The notes under the pieces were generated by a model. That model worked only from the letters and a program-made list of their open reading frames with translations, made no database searches and was not told where the DNA came from. Below, piece after piece: positions 16,672-24,131 of a stretch of DNA of 26,684 nucleotides. The position numbers and the translations under genes are program-made. The DNA comes from Fimbriimonadia bacterium (GTDB lineage: Bacteria > Armatimonadota > Fimbriimonadia > Fimbriimonadales > JABRVX01), in the NCBI GenBank assembly GCA_041483895.1, contig JBGPGO010000030.1, positions 1 to 26,684 on the forward strand, in the 5' to 3' direction. Position 1 is the first letter of the stretch; the number at the start of each line of letters is the position of its first letter.

Positions 16672-19446
16672 ATGACGAAAACAGGGAACCACAATCGAGC
16701 CGGTCAAACGCTGGTCATCGCGCTGATGATCACGTTCATCATGCTGTTCCTCGGATTGATCTTTGTTGGAATCATCGCTCGGAATCTGTTCTTCACGCAG
16801 CGGGGCACGGCGGCCATGACGGCGGACAACTTCGCCGACAGCGGCATACGATTTTCTCACGATCAGTTGATGTCTACGCCGCAGGGGGCGGATTGGCGTC
16901 CCTCGCCGACCAACCTGCCGCCAACCCAAAACCGAGACCCGGACTATGCCTGGCTCCGCGCGCCGGACCCGAACATCGCGGGAGATCTTGGAGGTCCACA
17001 GAAGTCGCCCACCACCCCCGGCGCCGGATCGTTCACCCGCATCAACTTCGATCAGGGCCGGGCGCTCATCCGTGTCAGCTACAATCCGGACCCTGTCGAT
17101 CCGCTCTCGAAGTACATAATGATCGATTCGGTCGGCCGCGTGGGAGTGATTCGAGACAACGACCCGACGGTCTTTACCAGCGGGACCTCGACGACGTTTC
17201 GCGAGAAGATTGCTTACGCGGTCATCGGGATCACAGACTACACCCGCTTCGATACAGACAAGGATCACAAGGGCCAGCCGATCGATCTGGGCGTCAATAC
17301 GAAATTTGGCGCAATGTTTGCCGACGCGTCGGTGGAAGTGCCCCTGATCTTTGGGGACCCAGTGGCTATGGTCGCTTGGGATCCGAACAATCCGGGCATT
17401 CCGTACGGAGCGCCATGCCGATTCAACGGCGAGCTTCGTCTGTTTGGCGAGACGTTGTTCTATCTCAATCCCGAAATGAACGACAAGTTGGAGGTGGTCG
17501 GCGGAATCACATACGCTCCGAATTCCGTCACAAATACGACAACCTCCTTGCTGTACAGCAAGGCTTCGGCTCAGCTTCAGGCCGGCGCAACATTGTTTGC
17601 CAGCACGTCCACAAGCTTCCTGACTTACAGCGGACTGGTGCGGGATGGCAGACGGTATCAGGATGCGCAAGGGTACATGCGGCAGCTCGAGTTCCTTGAA
17701 CCGCCGGTTATCGATCAGGTGGATCAGGCGACGGGGCGGGAGCGCTACCGAGCGGCGACCGTTTCCAGCGGGGCGTGGAAAAAGGGATACGACGGGAACT
17801 ATTTCAATACGGGCCGCATCGGATATGGCCAGGGCATCTATGTCGATAACTTCGCCGATGTGCAAAGAGACGTGACGGATTTTGCCGGAGGGGCGAGCCT
17901 GCGAAGCGAATGGCTCAATCCGAACGGCGGCAGCCCGAACTGGCAGGGCCCCTACTATGTGCCGCCGGGATGCTTTATCGAACTGATCGATACGGGAAAT
18001 GTCGACACACGCGGGTTCCGAATCGTGCGCAATGCGAGAGACGACAGCCAGATTTGGAAAACCTTGGACAACCAGCCGACGCCGAATCACTCGATGCGGT
18101 TTTATGTATTCAAAGACGTGAACAGTCCCACCGGCCTCATGATCTATCCGGAGATCGCGCAGAAGAAGGACGCCTATCCTTTTAATGGAGTCATCTACTG
18201 CGAAGGGAATGCCCGGGTTCGCGGCATCATCCCTGCCACTCTGCAATTTACAATCGTGAGCAACTCGTCCATTTATGTCGAGGGGAGCATCACAAAAGGC
18301 ATTGCGGCGAACGAAAACGGAGTGCCCAGCTCGGCTCTCTCTCTGCTGGCACACGACTACATCTGTCTCAATACCACCCAGTTTGTCGGGCCGGCGATCG
18401 AAAGCCCGCTCAACTTTGAGCCCGACGCTCAAGACGTGATTGCGCCGTATCATATTAATATCACTCCGGGCAAGCCGTTCAACGCACGTTTCAGCTTCGG
18501 CGTCGATCCTGCGACATATACTGGCAGCGACGACGGCAAGAATCCGCGCATCTATCTGCGGCACGCGTCGGAGGCCGGCGGCTATGCGTTCTTCAACATG
18601 CTCGTAAACTACGGTTTCAACCCCGCCAATTCGGAGTACCTTTTCAACAGCGGCCTGCCGAATTATGCGGGATCGTTCTATCCGGGCCAGACTTGGATTC
18701 CGACGTACGGATTGGCGAACCAACAGAACCAGGTATTCCCGCGATACGAGCATCGGTCCTTTGCGCTGTGGCCCACGAACGGTCAGATCGGCATGTACAA
18801 CCTGCTCGCCAACGGGAGCGACAACTATCTGACGTTCCAGACCGATCCGAAGATGGCGACCCATACCGGCAACCGCGCCTATCTGCTCAGCGCCCTCGCG
18901 GTTCAGCCGATGGATGTGAAGATTGAGGCTCTCATGTACGCGCAGGAAGGCTCATTCTTCGTCATTCCCGGACCTTGGTTCAATTCCAACCCGAACGATC
19001 GGCGAGAGGTGTGGGATCGAAACAAGACCCTCGGCCTCGATCCGGCGCAGCGCCGGCTCGATGACTTCGGCGCATATCCGGAGTATCCGTTCTATGCGGA
19101 ACCTTTGGATATCCTGATCCAGATTCGCGGCGCGGTTTCGGAGAACTTTCCGCCGCCACTGGCCGATCAGGAAGAGTGGATTCGCCACTGGGGATGGATT
19201 CCAAAGGAATACGGACGATCGGGGATGCACATCCCAGATCAGCATATAAAGTCGCCCAAGTTCGACAACGCCAAGTATGTGCCGAATTTGCTGATGACTT
19301 ACGACCCGGTTTTCGTTACCGCGAGGGCTGGAGGCAGATACACAACGCCCGCTGTGCGGACCGATCGATACGGCCGCATGCTGCCCGCGACACCGATGTT
19401 GCCCGTCGGTCCCAAGCTTCTCTACAATGGCGAGGTCAGACCATGA
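16672..19446 (+). CDS. Large PilX/GspK-like minor pilin (~924 aa)
   Basis: MTKTGNHNRAG|QTLVIALMITFIMLFLGLIFVGII...ADNFADSGIRF has a prepilin-type signal without Glu5, plus the A...AxxG(I/L) PilX N-terminal pattern and IDSVGRVG. Alternative TTG start at 16657. Confidence 0.78.
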   Translation: MTKTGNHNRAGQTLVIALMITFIMLFLGLIFVGIIARNLFFTQRGTAAMTADNFADSGIRFSHDQLMSTPQGADWRPSPTNLPPTQNRDPDYAWLRAPDPNIAGDLGGPQKSPTTPGAGSFTRINFDQGRALIRVSYNPDPVDPLSKYIMIDSVGRVGVIRDNDPTVFTSGTSTTFREKIAYAVIGITDYTRFDTDKDHKGQPIDLGVNTKFGAMFADASVEVPLIFGDPVAMVAWDPNNPGIPYGAPCRFNGELRLFGETLFYLNPEMNDKLEVVGGITYAPNSVTNTTTSLLYSKASAQLQAGATLFASTSTSFLTYSGLVRDGRRYQDAQGYMRQLEFLEPPVIDQVDQATGRERYRAATVSSGAWKKGYDGNYFNTGRIGYGQGIYVDNFADVQRDVTDFAGGASLRSEWLNPNGGSPNWQGPYYVPPGCFIELIDTGNVDTRGFRIVRNARDDSQIWKTLDNQPTPNHSMRFYVFKDVNSPTGLMIYPEIAQKKDAYPFNGVIYCEGNARVRGIIPATLQFTIVSNSSIYVEGSITKGIAANENGVPSSALSLLAHDYICLNTTQFVGPAIESPLNFEPDAQDVIAPYHINITPGKPFNARFSFGVDPATYTGSDDGKNPRIYLRHASEAGGYAFFNMLVNYGFNPANSEYLFNSGLPNYAGSFYPGQTWIPTYGLANQQNQVFPRYEHRSFALWPTNGQIGMYNLLANGSDNYLTFQTDPKMATHTGNRAYLLSALAVQPMDVKIEALMYAQEGSFFVIPGPWFNSNPNDRREVWDRNKTLGLDPAQRRLDDFGAYPEYPFYAEPLDILIQIRGAVSENFPPPLADQEEWIRHWGWIPKEYGRSGMHIPDQHIKSPKFDNAKYVPNLLMTYDPVFVTARAGGRYTTPAVRTDRYGRMLPATPMLPVGPKLLYNGEVRP

Positions 19447-22400
19447 GATTCGTTCGTATTGTTTTCCTTTCGGCGGGGTTGCTGGCTATTGCCGGCCAGT
19501 CCATTGCCCAGGCTACTACGTACGGTCAGTCCCGCAATCCGATCAATTGCGGAATTCTGCTTGTGCCTTCTACCAGCAATGTGAATTCCCCCGGCGGCAC
19601 AGACGCCGACCCCTACGTCTTTTACAATATGGGGAAGCGGACGGACCTTTTGCCGGGAGGCTGGGACTTCCTCAATCCGTTTGCGCCGACTGTGACCACG
19701 CAGAGGATTTATGATCGATGGAAGGCGATCATGAACACCGCTCCGTACCAGATCGGCGACAAGATTCAGCGCAGCATGGCGCCGTACTGGGAGGTCAACC
19801 TCGCCGACCTTACCGACAAGCAGCTTGCGATGTATGACATCCTGCTCATCCATGCGCCGGGACCAATCCGATTCAATCCCGAAGATCGGGAGCGGCTGCG
19901 AAGATTTGTGGACGGCGGTGGCATTCTTTGGTATGACAAAGCGACGAACCAATCGGTCGATTCCAGTTCCGGATTTCCGCTTGCGTTTAGCGTTACCTCG
20001 GCCGGGTCCAACCAGCAGGTGGTCAATCCGACCCATCCGCTGCTGAACTATCCGCACAAATTGACGTTTGCTGAGGCGACGAGCCTAGGCATCCATCCCG
20101 GGGGCCACGCGATTTTGCCCTACACGGCAGGAAACCTCGCGCAGAAGGTGGATTACGATCGGCTGACCCCGGTTGTCGTAAACAGCGCCGGCGGGGTTGT
20201 GATGGAGGCTGATTACGGCACGGGCCATTTTGTGGTCACGGCATGCAACATCTCTTCCGCGATCAACGAACCCACGGGAGGAATCACGGGGCGCTACGGC
20301 TCCAACAGCGGACCGTTTGCCGGGAGCAACTTCCTCAATATTCCGACCGCGAGCCTCAAGTTCGCCTACAACCTGATGGGGTTGGTCGGAACCCATCGAA
20401 TGCAGGCGAAGGGATCGCGGCGTCTTAATGCCACGTTTGAGGATCTCGGCGCGCCGCTCCTGACTCGCTGGTCCGCTCCGGTTTCATCACAAACCTCGAG
20501 CAACTTTCATGGCAGGCTTTATAAGACTCCTGTCGTTTTCAAGGGGCTTCTGATCGTCGCGGATGATACGACTGTCTATGCTTACGATCTCACTCCCGGC
20601 CAAGACCTCGACGGCGACGGAAATCCGGACGATGGCTTTCAGGATTATTTTGGCGGAACGACCTACGACCTGGTTTGGAAGAAAACGATTCCCGGGGCCG
20701 GTAGACTTTCAACACCTCTTGCCATCGAAGTGCCGGTCACACTTCCCAATTTTGAAAGGGGCATCGCGCCACCGAACAATCAGATTTGGGTCATGGACGA
20801 CCACGACAATGTGTGGATTCTCAATGCGTATCCGTCGAACAACGGCAAGCTGTCCGACAGCCAGGGTTCGAACGATGTATTTGAGATCCAGCGTCCAGAT
20901 TTCGTAACCGAACTGGCATTGCCGGCGAATTCTCAACCGAATCCTTTGGCCTATTCTGACGGCATGGTGTTCGCGACCGGTCGACAGGCGCCGCAATCGG
21001 GCGATGGCGGAGTTTGTTGGGTGATGTCTCCCAAAGTGGCGCGCAACGTGCAGACTGGCACCGAATCACCGTTTTACGCTCGTGGCGGCACGCAGAAGTT
21101 CGTCGTCCGTCCTTTCTCCACAGGGCCAACGGTGGGAATGGTCCCGCAAAACATCGATGGCGGCGGATCGGATCAGATGGTTTACGCGGGATATGAGCCG
21201 CGGGCCGGCATCGGCCAAGGCAACCCGTGTGGCTTTGCTGCGTTGTGGTTCCGATCGCGCGGAGAGAAGCTGCGGTTCGAGCGCTACGATCCCAACACGC
21301 AGACGAGCTATTTCAAGTCGCAAGCATCGGGTCGAAACCTGAAAGTGTATGAGTACACGGGTACAGAAGCAGATTTCTATGAGCTAAATCCAAGATTTTA
21401 CATTTACGATCAGTATGGAAATCCGGTCAACAACACAACCGGCAGCTCGTCCGCATTCGCGGCGGGTCAGTTCGAATTCAAGGGCAACCTGTCGATTCTA
21501 AATATCTATTGCGACTACACAATCAACTGGGCGGATGGGGCCCAAACTCCGTCGGGCAATATGGACGCCATCGCCCGAACCATCATCAGTTTCCCGGATT
21601 CATCTTCCAACCCAAAGCAGGAGGTCATCAAGTCGATGGCCTTGGCGCCGAATGGCAACCTGTTCATCATTACGAGCGAATTGCAAATCACGAATGATCC
21701 ATATTCGGGCGGCGGTTCGCTGTTTTGCTTCAAAGAACAACTGAATAATACGAAGCTGCTGTATCGATGGCAGCTGCATAACGGCTACACGCAGGCCATG
21801 GGGAGCCAGACCTTCACGATTCCGCCGACGCTGATCGACAACGACGATCTTGTAAAGAAGACCTACCTGGCGAGTTTCCTCGACAAGCCGATGACGAAGG
21901 TGCACTTCCATGGCACTCCGACGATTCATGACAACATTTGTTACATCGTCGTATCCGCAAGGAAGCCTTTCCCCTTCGGCGGGGATCTTCCGGTAACCGC
22001 GGTTCTCGCGTTCGACGCCGATCCGGAACCGGCGGAAATTCGGCTCGGCGGCCCGATCGTGGGCAATGTCAGCGAAGTTGAAATCAGCCAGCCTGATCCC
22101 GCGAGCAGTCTCGACCGGACGAAGCCGACGGCGTATCAAAAGCTGACCTTCCAAGCCGGGATGAACAACCTGGACGTAGACGCGGAACAGGGCATTATCC
22201 GTATAACCAATTTCCTGTCGACGCAGAACCCGAAAGCTGCCCGCGCAATCAGCGTGAGCCAGCCCGTCGTGGTTAAGTTGCCTGGCCAACCGCAGATTCA
22301 GATCGATCCCAACGTCACGGGTACGCACTGGTCGCCGCTCAAGTGGTTCATGACCTTCAATGGATTTACGAATGAATCGCCGTGCATGGTCACGGGAGGC

Positions 22401-24065
22401 ACCCTCTATCTGGCGGGCGGATGGGCCATCGAGAGCTTCGTCTGCCGGCCGATGGCGATCCCGCCTCAATACCGCGCCGTGGTTATCGCGATGGACTCGC
22501 AAATTCCGACTAATGACGAATTCTTGATCAACGATCCGCTGGTGCCCAACAACACGCACAGCAATCGACAGTTGATGACGATAAAGTATGTGTCCGCAAC
22601 GCAAATCAAATGGAACACGCATACGCGTTGGCCTTCGGGAAAGGGCATTAGCAATCTCGAAGACTATTGCACTCGAGTGCGGCAAGCGGCAGTAAGCAAC
22701 CGCCAGATGGCGCTCGGCGTTGTCGGCGGCGACGGCACGGTGATTGCGTGGGACGATCGGACCACGATGGTGTTTGAACGGGCCCTCACCGCGGTGGCGG
22801 ACCAAGGACGCATCGTGGAATTCGACTCCGAGGGCTTCGTGACATGGAATTCGGAGAACACCTACGCCGGAACGCTGGCTTCGAACCAGATCTTTATGAA
22901 AGTGGTCAAGCTGACCGATCCGACGAAGGTGTACAAGCTGGGGTCGAATGAGTATTTGATTGCCGACACCGGCGCGAATCGCATCGTTCGAATCGAACGG
23001 ACCGGATTCGAGACTCGAAGCATCGAGAGCTTCAATTACGACGTCGGGTTGCTCAAGAACGACGTGCTGCGTGGCTTCAATCCGGGTGATCCGCTCACGT
23101 TGCGACAGCCGCGCGACGTGCAGACCTGGACGGACTATGTGCCGGCGGCGGTCAACCCGTTCCAATATGCGGAAGATCCGGACCTAAAACCGCAACCTTG
23201 GGAATATTGGGTCCACTATCTGATTGCGGACACGGGCAATGCGCGCATCATCGAGGTGGTGGATCGGCACGTCGCCGCGTTTGACAACAAGACGGGCAGC
23301 TTCGTCGTGGGTGGCATCATAAACGCGAAGACGATTGGCGATCTGGTCTATCACAGCCCTCTCAACGCAGTTGGTCGAAAGTTCCGCTATCAAGGCGTCA
23401 GCCGGGTAATCACGGCGCCGGACGCCCAAGGTTTGAATACATGGTTCAATGTCGCGATCATCGGCAACTGGGAGGCCACGAGGACGACAACCGGCGATGA
23501 TCCCTTTAATAACGATGTGACGTTGCAGGCATATAGCGGCGCCGGCGCGATCATCATCGAGCGATTCGAGAAGGGACTCACATTGGCCAACAAGATCAAG
23601 GTCGTGAATCGGGTGACGCTGCCCGGCGTCGGCGTCCGAGAGATCGTGAACCCGCAATCGGTCCAGGCCTTCCCCTATGTCTACGGGGGTCAATTGCAGC
23701 TAGGCATTTTGATTGCGGATCAGAACGGTGTGGCGTTCCTTGTTAGCGAAGCCACGGATCTGAAGAGTTGGAAAGTGATCTGGCAGTACACGGACGCGGA
23801 CAACCGATATCTGCGAGGCATCCCGCTGAACGCAACCAGCGCGCGTAGGCTTGGGAACGGAAATATCTTGCTGACCAATTCGTTTGTGGGTCAATCGGTC
23901 ATCGGGCAGGATACGGCTGGGGAGGTCTTGGAGATCCGATTCAGCGATTACAATCCCAGTAAGCCTTACGACGGATTCGACAATATACGAGGGAGCGTTC
24001 GGGCGGAATTGCCGCCAATCGTCGGTACTCGCCCGCTTCGACTGCCGTTATTTGCGGACCGTTGA
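19443..24065 (+). CDS. Very large secreted protein (1540 aa): DUF4159/GATase-like N-terminal domain plus beta-propeller/NHL-like repeats; candidate PilY1-analog adhesin
   Basis: ATG 19443 overlaps the upstream stop (ATGA). Sec signal MRFVRIVFLSAGLLAIAGQSIA|Q. Motifs YDILLIHAPG..FNPEDRERLRRFVDGGGILWYD, DLDGDGNPDDG, YLIADTGANRIV and YLIADTGNARII. Confidence 0.72.
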   Translation: MRFVRIVFLSAGLLAIAGQSIAQATTYGQSRNPINCGILLVPSTSNVNSPGGTDADPYVFYNMGKRTDLLPGGWDFLNPFAPTVTTQRIYDRWKAIMNTAPYQIGDKIQRSMAPYWEVNLADLTDKQLAMYDILLIHAPGPIRFNPEDRERLRRFVDGGGILWYDKATNQSVDSSSGFPLAFSVTSAGSNQQVVNPTHPLLNYPHKLTFAEATSLGIHPGGHAILPYTAGNLAQKVDYDRLTPVVVNSAGGVVMEADYGTGHFVVTACNISSAINEPTGGITGRYGSNSGPFAGSNFLNIPTASLKFAYNLMGLVGTHRMQAKGSRRLNATFEDLGAPLLTRWSAPVSSQTSSNFHGRLYKTPVVFKGLLIVADDTTVYAYDLTPGQDLDGDGNPDDGFQDYFGGTTYDLVWKKTIPGAGRLSTPLAIEVPVTLPNFERGIAPPNNQIWVMDDHDNVWILNAYPSNNGKLSDSQGSNDVFEIQRPDFVTELALPANSQPNPLAYSDGMVFATGRQAPQSGDGGVCWVMSPKVARNVQTGTESPFYARGGTQKFVVRPFSTGPTVGMVPQNIDGGGSDQMVYAGYEPRAGIGQGNPCGFAALWFRSRGEKLRFERYDPNTQTSYFKSQASGRNLKVYEYTGTEADFYELNPRFYIYDQYGNPVNNTTGSSSAFAAGQFEFKGNLSILNIYCDYTINWADGAQTPSGNMDAIARTIISFPDSSSNPKQEVIKSMALAPNGNLFIITSELQITNDPYSGGGSLFCFKEQLNNTKLLYRWQLHNGYTQAMGSQTFTIPPTLIDNDDLVKKTYLASFLDKPMTKVHFHGTPTIHDNICYIVVSARKPFPFGGDLPVTAVLAFDADPEPAEIRLGGPIVGNVSEVEISQPDPASSLDRTKPTAYQKLTFQAGMNNLDVDAEQGIIRITNFLSTQNPKAARAISVSQPVVVKLPGQPQIQIDPNVTGTHWSPLKWFMTFNGFTNESPCMVTGGTLYLAGGWAIESFVCRPMAIPPQYRAVVIAMDSQIPTNDEFLINDPLVPNNTHSNRQLMTIKYVSATQIKWNTHTRWPSGKGISNLEDYCTRVRQAAVSNRQMALGVVGGDGTVIAWDDRTTMVFERALTAVADQGRIVEFDSEGFVTWNSENTYAGTLASNQIFMKVVKLTDPTKVYKLGSNEYLIADTGANRIVRIERTGFETRSIESFNYDVGLLKNDVLRGFNPGDPLTLRQPRDVQTWTDYVPAAVNPFQYAEDPDLKPQPWEYWVHYLIADTGNARIIEVVDRHVAAFDNKTGSFVVGGIINAKTIGDLVYHSPLNAVGRKFRYQGVSRVITAPDAQGLNTWFNVAIIGNWEATRTTTGDDPFNNDVTLQAYSGAGAIIIERFEKGLTLANKIKVVNRVTLPGVGVREIVNPQSVQAFPYVYGGQLQLGILIADQNGVAFLVSEATDLKSWKVIWQYTDADNRYLRGIPLNATSARRLGNGNILLTNSFVGQSVIGQDTAGEVLEIRFSDYNPSKPYDGFDNIRGSVRAELPPIVGTRPLRLPLFADR

Positions 24066-24131
24066 TGGGGAACATCGGCGCGACGGGCATCGTCATAGGA
24101 AAGGCTATCTAACGATCGTGGGTGACATGGA

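Noticed and set aside
16579..18864. 761-aa antisense ORF
   Set aside because: Lies opposite the PilX-like gene, is Arg/Val/Ile-rich with no recognisable motifs, and is typical of antisense shadows in GC-rich coding DNA.
19176..19442. N-terminal 89-aa extension of the 1629-aa ORF
   Set aside because: Overlaps the PilX-like gene. ATG 19443 gives a clean signal peptide and ATGA coupling.
21600..23165. 521-aa antisense ORF
   Set aside because: Shadow of the 1540-aa secreted protein with no domain signatures.
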